DNA from: Candidatus Moduliflexus flocculans
Lineage (GTDB): Bacteria > Moduliflexota > Moduliflexia > Moduliflexales > Moduliflexaceae
Length of the DNA stretch: 64,000 nt
Direction: 5' to 3'
Assembly: GCA_000739515.1 (NCBI GenBank)
Contig: DF820455.1
Coordinates: forward strand, 1,304,712-1,368,711
The notes beneath the pieces were generated by a model. That model saw only the letters and a list, made by a program, of their open reading frames with translations. It made no database searches and was not told where the DNA came from. Positions within the stretch are counted from its first letter, which is position 1; every line of letters begins with the position of its first letter. Below are positions 19,582 through 29,211 of the stretch, piece by piece. The position numbers and the translations under genes were made by a program.

Positions 19582-20412
19582 TTACCCTTTCATCGCGCCG
19601 GCATACGCGCCCATTGAGATATTTTTTTGAAAAAACAGAAATAACGCTAAGGGGACGGCGGAGGCGGTCATGATCGCGGCGGTCAAGATGGTGTCATCTA
19701 CCCCATATTGGCCTTGCAGCATCGCAATGCCCTGCGTCACTGTCCGCAGCGTATCTTTTTGCAGCAGCAGCATCGAAAAGGGCAATTCATTCCACATGGA
19801 TTGAAAGCCAATGATTACGATAATCCCGACCATCGGTCGCGCAATCGGGACCATGATGCGGAGTAATAATTGCCAGGTGCTGGCGCCATCCAACCGGGCT
19901 GATTCAATGAGTTCCATCGGGACGCTGGCATAAAATGTCGTCATAATATACGTGCCGAACGGCGCAAAATACGCGACCCAGACGAGAATGATGCCGAGAT
20001 AGTTGTTGACGAGACGCAAGGCCCGGCAGACCTGAAAGATTTGAATCGAAAGAAGCATTTGCGGAAAGATCATGAGAAAGAGCATCGCTAAAAAAATTGG
20101 CAGCCGAAACGGGAACCGTAGTCGGCCAAATGCGAAGCCGGCCATAATGCAGACACACAGATACACCAGCATCGCCGCAGGCATGAGGATACAGTTATTC
20201 AAAAAATATTTCAGCAAACGGCCTTTTATCAAAACGGTCGTGTAATTTTCCAACGTGAGCTGCTTCGGCCATGACAGCTTGTTATCCATATACTCATGCG
20301 CTGTTTTCAGACTGGTCTGGAACGTAAAGAGAATGGGATAGATCGCGCATAACGTAAAGATAATTAACACGATATACATGATGATTTTCGTCACATTTTT
20401 ATTCATTGGCAT
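19582..20412 (-). CDS. Carbohydrate ABC transporter permease
   Basis: 6-TM protein with the ESARLDGAST permease signature. Confidence 0.8.
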   Translation of the reverse strand: MPMNKNVTKIIMYIVLIIFTLCAIYPILFTFQTSLKTAHEYMDNKLSWPKQLTLENYTTVLIKGRLLKYFLNNCILMPAAMLVYLCVCIMAGFAFGRLRFPFRLPIFLAMLFLMIFPQMLLSIQIFQVCRALRLVNNYLGIILVWVAYFAPFGTYIMTTFYASVPMELIESARLDGASTWQLLLRIMVPIARPMVGIIVIIGFQSMWNELPFSMLLLQKDTLRTVTQGIAMLQGQYGVDDTILTAAIMTASAVPLALFLFFQKNISMGAYAGAMKG

Positions 20413-21289
20413 TCCTCTGCATTAAACGCACTTGCATGATGGCGATCAGGGCGCAAAAGACAAATAATACGCTCGCCCAGGTGCAGGCATAGCCCATGTT
20501 GAAGGCGACAAAGCCTGCATTATAAATGCCGTATTCCAGCGTAAACGTGCCAAAACCAGGCCCCCCGCGAGTGAAGGTGTAAATAAACGGAAACGCTCTG
20601 GCCAGGGTTTCGGTAAAGGAAAGGACAACCCAGAATTCAATCGCAAAGTGAATCGAGGGAATCGTCACATTCCAAAAAGATGCCCACCACCCGGCGCCAT
20701 CAATCGTCGCTGCTTCATAAAGGCTCTCATCTACGGCGCTCATCGCAGCCAGAAAGTAGATACAGCCAAACCCTAATTTAATCCAGACGCCATAGGTAAG
20801 CCCTAAAATATTAATTGCCAACACTGATTTATTCAGCCAATCAAGGGCATAATTCTCCAGCCCGACAGCCGTTAAGAGCGCATTCAGCGGACCAATTTTT
20901 CTAAATAGAATGCTGAAAATTAACCCGATGATGACATACCCTAACACGTTAGGCAAATAAATCAACGCCCGGAAAAATGACCACCCTTTCAACCCCATGC
21001 GGAGAATGGCGGCAATCAGCACCGGAACCAGCGTTCCTAACGGAATATAGAGCAGCAAAATCGCGGTATTTTTTAATGAAATCCAAAAGCGTTCATCCTG
21101 CCATAACGTTTTATAATTGTTCCAACCGATAAATTGCGCCGTCCCCATCCCTTTCCATTTGGTAAAGCTATAATAAAAATTAGACAGAACCGGATAGAGA
21201 ATAAATATCAGCAGCAGCAACACCAACGGCGCGATCAAAAGGTATGCATCCCGCGCTTCGCGATTGGTCTTCCAGGTTTTTGCGTTCAC
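20399..21289 (-). CDS. Carbohydrate ABC transporter permease
   Basis: Multi-TM protein with EAATIDGAGWW signature. Overlaps the downstream permease. Confidence 0.8.
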   Translation of the reverse strand: MNAKTWKTNREARDAYLLIAPLVLLLLIFILYPVLSNFYYSFTKWKGMGTAQFIGWNNYKTLWQDERFWISLKNTAILLLYIPLGTLVPVLIAAILRMGLKGWSFFRALIYLPNVLGYVIIGLIFSILFRKIGPLNALLTAVGLENYALDWLNKSVLAINILGLTYGVWIKLGFGCIYFLAAMSAVDESLYEAATIDGAGWWASFWNVTIPSIHFAIEFWVVLSFTETLARAFPFIYTFTRGGPGFGTFTLEYGIYNAGFVAFNMGYACTWASVLFVFCALIAIMQVRLMQRNANE

Positions 21290-21357
21290 GAATTCCCTCT
21301 CTGCGTTAAAACGCCCCTGCCAGGAGTCTGTCCTGACAGGGGCGGCCTGCCGCTTGC

Positions 21358-22644
21358 CTAATTGGTTTTCGCGTTCTCTAACATCGTTTGCGCGGCTTCG
21401 ATGAACTTATCAAGCGTCATTTCGTTGGAAACATACGCCTGAGCGCAATAACGATCAAAATTCTGGTTGGCGTCTTCATTCGTCAGCAAGGTCACGAAAT
21501 CGCGATTGAATGACCGTTTCAGGATTTCGCCGACTAACGGATAGCCTAACTTGTTAATATCCAGATTTTTATTGGGGGATAACGCGCCGGTCTGCCCCAT
21601 CCAGATCGCTGCGCCTTCGCCGCGAGCGTAGCCTTCGATCACTTTCATTGCGGCTTCGGGATTCTTCGACCATTTCATAACGCTATACCCAATCCCGGCG
21701 GGCTGTCCGGCCTGTTGATCTTTATATTGAGCTTCCGGGAAATTGATGGTCGGGAAATAGCCGACATTTTCTTTGCCCAGCCCATCGCTGAAGACCTTCC
21801 AGTGGCACACATCGGATAACAGCCCAACAAACATCGCCCCTTTGCCAGCCGCAAAATTATTGGCGGCATCCATAAAATACGGCGTCGAAGAGCCATTCGG
21901 ATCCATATACCCTTTGTCGAACAGTTCCTTGACGATTTCGGTGGCTTTCTTAAAGCCCGCATTGTCTTTGAAATTCTGTCCGCCGGTGACGAGCGCCGCT
22001 GTGTCAGCGCCATAGATATTGGCGACTAACGTGCGGAAAAGGAAATCAACCGTAAATGGCGCGCCCTGCAACCCTGCGGTTATCGGAACGATTCCGGCTT
22101 GTTTCAGTTTCTCGCAGGCTTCCAAAAAGGCGGCCAAGTCAGTCGGCGCTTTTTCCGGATCAAGTCCCGCTTGTTTGAACAAGGCTTTGTTGTAATAAAT
22201 TCCCATGCCTTGCATCGTGATCGGCACCATGTGCACCGGCTTTTTCCCATCGCCGCCAGTGGAGCAGAACGCCCAGCTGAATTCCGAGATTTCATCGCGC
22301 CAGGGCTGGATATATGTATCTAATTCAAGTGTGAACTCATCAAATTCATACGCCTGCACTCCCCCATGAAACATGACCACGTCCGGGCCTTCGCCAGATT
22401 GTACGGCGGCTCGCACAAGTTGATAATATTCATTATTGGGTTGCGCGACATGCTCGATTTTGATGTTTGGATTTTGCTGCATAATCAAGTTGTCAACGGC
22501 CTGCATCGCGGCCTGCACGCCGCTGGTGGCGTCGCCATACTTGAAATCCCAGATCGTAATCGTGACCGGGTCTGCCGCAAACGCAACTGCGCTCAACATC
22601 AACGACATCGTAACTGCTAGTCCCAACATAGCTCTGATTTTCAT
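21358..22644 (-). CDS. ABC transporter extracellular solute-binding protein (sugar)
   Basis: Signal peptide MKIRAMLGLAVTMSLMLSAVAFA and SBP family-1 size. Confidence 0.8.
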   Translation of the reverse strand: MKIRAMLGLAVTMSLMLSAVAFAADPVTITIWDFKYGDATSGVQAAMQAVDNLIMQQNPNIKIEHVAQPNNEYYQLVRAAVQSGEGPDVVMFHGGVQAYEFDEFTLELDTYIQPWRDEISEFSWAFCSTGGDGKKPVHMVPITMQGMGIYYNKALFKQAGLDPEKAPTDLAAFLEACEKLKQAGIVPITAGLQGAPFTVDFLFRTLVANIYGADTAALVTGGQNFKDNAGFKKATEIVKELFDKGYMDPNGSSTPYFMDAANNFAAGKGAMFVGLLSDVCHWKVFSDGLGKENVGYFPTINFPEAQYKDQQAGQPAGIGYSVMKWSKNPEAAMKVIEGYARGEGAAIWMGQTGALSPNKNLDINKLGYPLVGEILKRSFNRDFVTLLTNEDANQNFDRYCAQAYVSNEMTLDKFIEAAQTMLENAKTN

Positions 22645-22694
22645 AACCTTCCTCCTGTGAAACTGTTAATATTGAAAAAACGCGAGGACGCTTT

Positions 22695-22913
22695 TTGAAC
22701 ACACTCAACAATATTTATATTGAACATGTTCAATTCTCGATTAAAAAATTCATTCATATCAGCCTGTCAAGAAAAATAATCGTAAAAATTATTTATCCGA
22801 TAATTGGAGAATTATTTTCTTATATCTATTTAAATATAAAGTATTTAAATATTATACAAATTTTTTAAAATCGTCCTCAACTTTTTGAAATTCTTTATGT
22901 TGAACGTGTTCAA
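22695..22913. promoter_or_regulatory. AT-rich divergent promoter region carrying operator-like palindromes TTGAACATGTTCAA (22720-22733) and TTGAACGTGTTCAA (22900-22913), plus half-site TTGAACAC at 22695
   Basis: A perfect and a near-perfect 14-bp palindrome, both preceded by CTTTTTGAA, lie upstream of the minus-strand SBP-permease-GH31-LacI operon. Confidence 0.4.
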
Positions 22914-23260
22914 AAATAGTGATAATCAAAATAGAACGCGATAAAGATTCACATCCTATCGCAAAAATGATCAATTCTTCGTTCGAAATGGCATTTTTCC
23001 GTCGAAATTTCAGCAAGCCACATCAAGACAAAAATTCGATTGAAACCGATATTATCTCTGTTGTTACGAATAGTACATCGTTCCGTAAATTTTTCATCGT
23101 TCGCAGGAGTGTCACATCTTGATTTGAAAGGCGAAATCGAGATTTCGCACTCCTAAAAATTACAGAAACAATGTAATAGGTACGCCGCCCAGAGGCAGAT
23201 TCTCAGCGTGACTGCTTCTGGATGCAGTTTATTTTTTACGCTCAACATCAGGAGATTTAC

Positions 23261-23833
23261 ATGATACAACAATTGGTTATTTTCATGGCAGTATTTGCGT
23301 TTTTCGTCAGCGCATTGTTTACGCAGGCGCAAGAGTTCCTCAGCAACGCTACTTTTATGATAAAAGAGCTTCCAGAATATCAGCTTGCGTATGTGGAGCA
23401 AGTTGGCGATTTTGAGGGAAATGGCGAAATTTACGATGTGCTGATTGAACGATTAGTGGCGTGGGCACTGCCCAAAAATCTCTGGGATTTTCCGGCGACT
23501 ACAAAAATGATTCTTGTATATCCTGATGATCCCGAGACTACGCCACAAGCCCAACAACGCCTGTGGTTAGGAATTACTGTGCCTGAAGACATGTCCACTC
23601 CCGAAGGCATTCAAAAACTGGCACTTCCCCGCGCCACGTATGCTGTCGGAACGTTTGAAATATCGGCGCAAGAGTTCGGCAGCGCCTGGGGATATATGTA
23701 TGAATGGATTTCACGACAAAATTATTCTGTTGCAGAAGGATATCGTTTCGAAGTGAAGAAAAACGATTCCGATGCACATCCTGAGAAAAAACATCTGGTT
23801 GACATTTGCATTCCGGTGCGTTCGAACAACTGA
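23261..23833 (+). CDS. GyrI-like / AraC-effector-binding-domain small-molecule-binding protein with an N-terminal TM or signal segment
   Basis: RBS AGGAG lies before the ATG at 23261. C-terminal GYRFEV-type fold signature. Confidence 0.5.
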   Translation: MIQQLVIFMAVFAFFVSALFTQAQEFLSNATFMIKELPEYQLAYVEQVGDFEGNGEIYDVLIERLVAWALPKNLWDFPATTKMILVYPDDPETTPQAQQRLWLGITVPEDMSTPEGIQKLALPRATYAVGTFEISAQEFGSAWGYMYEWISRQNYSVAEGYRFEVKKNDSDAHPEKKHLVDICIPVRSNN

Positions 23834-23880
23834 AAGACGCTCTTTTGAAGGAGAAAGCGGGCGCGATATTCCGCGTCCGC

Positions 23881-24957
23881 TTATTTCGAAACGGCATCAA
23901 TCACAGCTTTGGCAATTTCGCCTAACGGGAGGATTTTATCAACCGCGCCGCGTTTAATCGCTTCGTTCGGCATCCCGAACACGACGGATGTGGTTTCATC
24001 CTGGGCGATATTCATGGCCGCCCCGGCCTCTTTCATTTCCAACATGCCGCGCGCGCCGTCGTCGCCCATGCCGGTCATGATGACGCCGATTGCGTTTCGT
24101 CCGGCATAACGCGCGGCGGAGCGGAACAGCACATCCACTGAGGGGCGATGACGGCAGACGAGCGGGCCGTCGGTCACTTCGACGTAATATTTCGTGCCGC
24201 TGCGCCGAATCAGTGTGTGTTTGTTGCCCGGCGCAATCAGGGCGCGGCTTGGAATCACGGAATCGTTATTTTCCGCCTCCTTGACCGTGATTTTGCACAG
24301 GCCATCCAGCCGCTTGGCAAAGGCTTTGGTGAAGTGTTCGGGCATGTGCTGCACAATCACGATGCCAGGTGCATTCCAGGGCATGGCCTCTAAAAATTCC
24401 CGCAGCGCTTCCGTTCCGCCGGTTGACGCGCCGACCACGACAATCTTTTCAGTGGTTTGAATCATCGTGTTTCGCGTCGGCTTAGCAAGCACGACATCCG
24501 CTGTGAGTTTCGGCTCGACTTCACGGATTTTTATCACTTTTTTCGCGCGAGACTCCGCCGCCGCTTTCACAATATCGCAGATGCGGACGCTGTATTCTTC
24601 CAGGAACTCTTTGGTGCGCTCGCGCGGTTTTTGAATAATATCCACCGCGCCGTATTCCATCGCTTTGAGTGAGACTTCAGAACCTTCTTCTGACAATGCC
24701 GAGCAAATGACCACTGGAATCGGGTGTTCGCTCATGATTTTTTGTAAAAACGTCAATCCATCCATCCGGGGCATTTCGATGTCGAGCATCAACACATCCG
24801 GCATCTCTTTTTCCATTTTTTTCGCCGCAATCAGCGGATCGGGGGCGGTGGCGATAACCTCCACTTCCGGGTCTGTCGAGAGTACCGTTTTTAACGTCTG
24901 GCGCATCAATGCGGAATCGTCAACAATCACGACTTTTACAGGTGGTTTTTTTAGCAT
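23881..24957 (-). CDS. cheB: Chemotaxis response regulator protein-glutamate methylesterase CheB
   Basis: N-terminal REC ([11 protein letters not shown]...DIEMPRMDG) plus the methylesterase domain. Confidence 0.9.
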   Translation of the reverse strand: MLKKPPVKVVIVDDSALMRQTLKTVLSTDPEVEVIATAPDPLIAAKKMEKEMPDVLMLDIEMPRMDGLTFLQKIMSEHPIPVVICSALSEEGSEVSLKAMEYGAVDIIQKPRERTKEFLEEYSVRICDIVKAAAESRAKKVIKIREVEPKLTADVVLAKPTRNTMIQTTEKIVVVGASTGGTEALREFLEAMPWNAPGIVIVQHMPEHFTKAFAKRLDGLCKITVKEAENNDSVIPSRALIAPGNKHTLIRRSGTKYYVEVTDGPLVCRHRPSVDVLFRSAARYAGRNAIGVIMTGMGDDGARGMLEMKEAGAAMNIAQDETTSVVFGMPNEAIKRGAVDKILPLGEIAKAVIDAVSK

Positions 24958-24989
24958 GCGTCACGTAACGCTGGGCGCAGAGAGCGAAC

Positions 24990-26390
24990 TTATGCTCCCC
25001 AGCCAGGTTCTGAAGCGGAGTTGATACGTTTCAATAAGACCTCGCCTGTTTGGGTATAAAATAAAATTTTTCGACCTAAATGTCCACCCACGTCAGAGAC
25101 GATTAATTCAAGATTATGCGCCTTGATCGCCTGCAACACCGCATCAATATTCGACTTGCCGACCGGCTGCATATTCGGATTGCCGGTTCTGACCGTCAAC
25201 ATATCTGCCCCGCCAAATAACTTCACTTCCAGGTCTTTCGGCTCAGAGCCATAGGTTTTCAGCCGTTGCAGCATCAGCGGGATGACCGTCTGCACGTATT
25301 TATAGGAGAGATTTTCAGTCGTGGCGGCGTGCTGATCCAGCGCCTCATTTCCTTGTGGCAGCAGCGCGTGACACATTGCGGCCACGCCGAGGCGCTTATC
25401 AAACATCGTCACTGCCATGCATGAGCCTAACACGGTGCGCACAATCGCCGGATGATCGCTGATATAGAGTTCAGCGGGTTTCAGCGTGATGACAGGGAGA
25501 TGCGGCGCAAGATGGGCGCTGACTTCTTTTTGATACACCGTATGCGCGACCGCCTTCAGCGGAACCGACAGGCCATTCAGCGTCTCCGAATGGCCGGTGA
25601 AGAGATAGCCGCCCGGACTTAAATGCTGGTAGAGCCGACTAATAACCTGTTCCTGAATGTCGCGGTTGAAATAGATAATCACATTGCGGCAGAAAATGAT
25701 GTCCATTGTTTCGCGAAATCCGAACTCGCCGCGCACCAAATTCACCGAACGGAAACGGACAAAAGCGCGAATTTCAGGGGAAATCCGCACCATGCTTTTT
25801 TCGCGTTCTTTGCTTTTTAACAGATAGCGCTTGCGGAATTCCACCGGGATCGGATCCGCGTTTTCTTCTTCATAAATGCCGAGTCGGGCTTTTTCCAGCA
25901 CTCGCGAAGAGACATCCGTCGCTAAAATCAGAAAATGGAATCCTGGATGTTGCAGGCTGAAATCGTGCAGCACCATCGCCAGACTATATGGCTCTTCGCC
26001 AGAAGAACAGCCGGCGCACCAAAACATGTACTGCCGGTCAGCGCCCTGTCGGCTGATAATTTCTGGAAGGACGCGCTCGATAAGATATTCGAAATGATTC
26101 GGCTCGCGAAAAAAATCGGTTTTGTTCGTTGTTACAACATCAATCATTTGTTGGAGTTCAAGCTCGCGGCCTTCTGGACTAAATACATAATTGTAATACT
26201 CGTCAAAGGATTCGATCTCCAACTTCCACAGCCGTTTTTGAAGCCGTGCTTGAAGCATGGTTTTTTTGGCAATCGGCATTTTGATGCCTAATTCCGCTTC
26301 GATAAATTCACTGAAGCGATAAAAAGACTCATCACTCATGCTTTCGACGTTCGTTCTACGCACACTCTCTTCATTCATAATCGTACTCAC
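24990..26390 (-). CDS. cheR: CheR methyltransferase fused to CheD chemoreceptor deamidase (CheR-CheD fusion)
   Basis: N-terminal CheR signature (TDFFREP, WCAGCSSGEEPYSLAM). C-terminal CheD signature (LGSCMAVTMFD...AAMCHALLP). Confidence 0.8.
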   Translation of the reverse strand: MSTIMNEESVRRTNVESMSDESFYRFSEFIEAELGIKMPIAKKTMLQARLQKRLWKLEIESFDEYYNYVFSPEGRELELQQMIDVVTTNKTDFFREPNHFEYLIERVLPEIISRQGADRQYMFWCAGCSSGEEPYSLAMVLHDFSLQHPGFHFLILATDVSSRVLEKARLGIYEEENADPIPVEFRKRYLLKSKEREKSMVRISPEIRAFVRFRSVNLVRGEFGFRETMDIIFCRNVIIYFNRDIQEQVISRLYQHLSPGGYLFTGHSETLNGLSVPLKAVAHTVYQKEVSAHLAPHLPVITLKPAELYISDHPAIVRTVLGSCMAVTMFDKRLGVAAMCHALLPQGNEALDQHAATTENLSYKYVQTVIPLMLQRLKTYGSEPKDLEVKLFGGADMLTVRTGNPNMQPVGKSNIDAVLQAIKAHNLELIVSDVGGHLGRKILFYTQTGEVLLKRINSASEPGWGA

Positions 26391-26438
26391 ATAATGTTCG
26401 ATTCATCGTTCATGAACCTTGACAGGTTATGGGCGTCA

Positions 26439-29105
26439 CTATCGCCGTCGTCCCTGTTTTTTGAGCAGCATGGCTTCAAGGGATTTCAAAACTTCTTCAC
26501 GATCAAGTTTGATCTGGTATTCATCAATGCCGACTTCGAACCCGCGCCGCCGGTCTTCTTCGCCACTGAGCGAGGTCAAGGCCATAACCGGCAAATGTTT
26601 CCATTCCGGCGTGGTTTTAATGATTTTCGTCAGTTCAAAGCCATTGCAATACGGCATATCCAAATCGGTGATGACCACATCCACATGATGCGCCGCGAGT
26701 TTTTCCTGCGCGTCGTTCCCATTAATCGCTGTAATGACGTGATAGCCAGCGGCTTCTAAATAGGATTTTTCGATATTCAGGAAAAACATCGAATCCTCGA
26801 CAATTAACACATCAAGCTTGCTGCGTTCTTCTTCGGTGATTTTGCTGACGAAAAACTTTTTATACCAGGTCGGATAGGCCAATTCGATTAATCCGTGAAT
26901 ATCAAGGATCATCACGGAATGCCCGTCAACAATTGTCGAGCCGAGAATCCCTTTCTGCTTGAACGTTTCTGTATCAATATGCGTATCAATTTCGATGGTG
27001 TTGACAATCTCGGATACGACCAGTCCAATCTGTTTTTCCACAGCAAATACAATGAGCGATAAGGTTTCCTGCGGTGGTGCGGCAGGAATATTGAAATATT
27101 GTTCCAGGCGAATGAGTGGCAAGATTTCATGCCGGTACTGCATGACTTCGCGTCCGCCGGAATATTCGATTTGCGATGCGGGAAACTCTTCCAGCCGCAC
27201 CACAAACGCTAACGGTACGCCATAATATTCATTATTCCCAACACGGAACAGCACAACCGTCTGCCGATGTTCGCGCATGTCAGTTTCACTGATGGCTTCA
27301 GCCTGTTCACCGCCCTGTTGATCGGCCTTTTTAATTTCATCCGATGACAACTGCACGGAACTGTACAATCCTGACGTGTTCAAAATCAACGAAATTCCGC
27401 CGTCTCCCATAATCGTTGCGCCATCGTAATAGGGGAGTTGCTTGATATGACTGCTTAAGGGTTTGACCACGATTTCTTCGGTATCTCCGACATCATCCAC
27501 CACTAAGCCAAAATGCAGTTCCCCAGCAGACAACACGACAATGTTGAGTAAATTATCCGTCGCGCCTTCAGGCTGAGGCAGCGCAAAAACGTCGCGCAAT
27601 CGAATAATTGGCAGGAGTTCGCCGCGCAGCCGATAGACTTCCGCGCCGTAAATGCGCTCGATAGTATGAGATTCGTCTGTGTCGGTCTGCAACATAATCA
27701 ACTCTTCCAGATTTACTTGCGGAATGGCAAACCGCTGTTTTCCGGCGGCGACAATCAGCACGGGAATAATGGCCAGCGTAATCGGCACGCGCAATTTCAT
27801 GGTCGTGCCTTTATGCAATTCGGTCTGCACATCAATCGTGCCGCCGATCCGGTCGAGATTGCGTTTCACAACGTCCATGCCCACGCCGCGCCCTGAAATC
27901 TTGGTAATCTGTTCGGCGGTTGAAAAACCTGGGCGGAAAATGAGCGTGATTAACTGCCGTTCTGTCATCTCTTCCGCTTGCTGCGGCGTCACCAAGCCTT
28001 GCTGAATCGCTTTTGCCTTGACGCGCTGCAAGTCAATCCCCGCGCCATCATCCGCGACTTCGATATGTACCAAACCGGCTTCATGAAACGCGCGAATCTG
28101 AATTTTCGCCGTCGGCGATTTTCCCAATCGTTCGCGGATATTCGGCGCTTCCACGCCATGATCAATTGAATTCCGCACCAAATGCGTCAGCGGGTCTTTA
28201 ATCGCTTCGATTAAGGTCTTGTCCAGTTCAGTCGCCTGTCCTTCCATCACAAGCTGCACGTTTTTCCCCTGCATCATCGAGAGATCACGCACTAAACGCG
28301 GGAACATGCCGAACACCTTTTTAATCGGCTGCATGCGTGTCTTCATGACCGTTTCCTGCAATTCAGTCACCACGACATTCATCCGTTGCGCAATATCGCG
28401 CAAATTCCGTTCCTCGCTTTTCGTGGAGAGCTGCATGACCTGATTGCGCGCAAGGACAAGTTCGGCGGTTAAATTCATTAATTGATCGAGCAAGGCGACA
28501 TCTACATGAATCCGGCTTTCTTCGACTGACGAGAGGGTGCGTTCGATGATTTCAGAGGCTGATTTGGTTGATATATCGCTGGCAACGGACATCGGGGATT
28601 CTTCCTGAATGCTCGATGCGTCCTGCGGTTTTAGCGGTTTCGCGATTTTAGAAAATGGCGCAGATTTTTCCGAGAGCGTTGCTTTGGCGGCTGTTCGATC
28701 TTCAGGAGCAGTGCGAATTTTTTCAGCGATAGATTTTAACGCTTTCAAGACGGGATCAACGTCATGTTCTCCTTCATGACCGGTTTTTTCAATCGTCAGC
28801 AAAATAGATTTAATTGTATCTACCGCGCTCAGCAGCACAGTCGTAATATCGGAATTCAGCCGTAGCGATCCTTCTCGCAGTTTGGAAAGCACGTCTTCGG
28901 CATAGTGTGACACTTGCTCTAACGTGACGAGACTCAGAAACCCCGCGCTCCCTTTGATGGTATGGATAATCCTGAAAATATCCGCCAATAAATCGGCATT
29001 CGACGGGTTTTGTTCAAGCGCGACAAATTCATGATCCAACCGCTCAAGATTTTCCTGCGATTCCATCACAAAGTCGCGAAGTACTCGATCTAATCCATCG
29101 TTCAT
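26439..29105 (-). CDS. cheA: Hybrid CheA histidine kinase: Hpt - dimerisation - HATPase - CheW-like (P5) - second CheW-like domain - C-terminal REC
   Basis: Hpt motif IIHTIKGSAGFL. HATPase motifs DDGAGID and GRGVGMD. Two CheW-like domains. Terminal REC (LIVEDS...TDLDMPYCNG). Confidence 0.85.
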   Translation of the reverse strand: MNDGLDRVLRDFVMESQENLERLDHEFVALEQNPSNADLLADIFRIIHTIKGSAGFLSLVTLEQVSHYAEDVLSKLREGSLRLNSDITTVLLSAVDTIKSILLTIEKTGHEGEHDVDPVLKALKSIAEKIRTAPEDRTAAKATLSEKSAPFSKIAKPLKPQDASSIQEESPMSVASDISTKSASEIIERTLSSVEESRIHVDVALLDQLMNLTAELVLARNQVMQLSTKSEERNLRDIAQRMNVVVTELQETVMKTRMQPIKKVFGMFPRLVRDLSMMQGKNVQLVMEGQATELDKTLIEAIKDPLTHLVRNSIDHGVEAPNIRERLGKSPTAKIQIRAFHEAGLVHIEVADDGAGIDLQRVKAKAIQQGLVTPQQAEEMTERQLITLIFRPGFSTAEQITKISGRGVGMDVVKRNLDRIGGTIDVQTELHKGTTMKLRVPITLAIIPVLIVAAGKQRFAIPQVNLEELIMLQTDTDESHTIERIYGAEVYRLRGELLPIIRLRDVFALPQPEGATDNLLNIVVLSAGELHFGLVVDDVGDTEEIVVKPLSSHIKQLPYYDGATIMGDGGISLILNTSGLYSSVQLSSDEIKKADQQGGEQAEAISETDMREHRQTVVLFRVGNNEYYGVPLAFVVRLEEFPASQIEYSGGREVMQYRHEILPLIRLEQYFNIPAAPPQETLSLIVFAVEKQIGLVVSEIVNTIEIDTHIDTETFKQKGILGSTIVDGHSVMILDIHGLIELAYPTWYKKFFVSKITEEERSKLDVLIVEDSMFFLNIEKSYLEAAGYHVITAINGNDAQEKLAAHHVDVVITDLDMPYCNGFELTKIIKTTPEWKHLPVMALTSLSGEEDRRRGFEVGIDEYQIKLDREEVLKSLEAMLLKKQGRRR

Positions 29106-29211
29106 GATGTTTTCTCCTCAATAAACGGCGATGAATGGGATACCATTTGCTTTTCTGAATTGGTATAGCGCATTCACAGCATTTTGTCAATGGATTGGCG
29201 CAAAAACATCG

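Noticed and set aside
22919-23122. 67-aa ORF in the AT-rich divergent promoter region
   Set aside because: Low-complexity product of AT-rich sequence with no RBS. The region is better explained as promoter and operator DNA.
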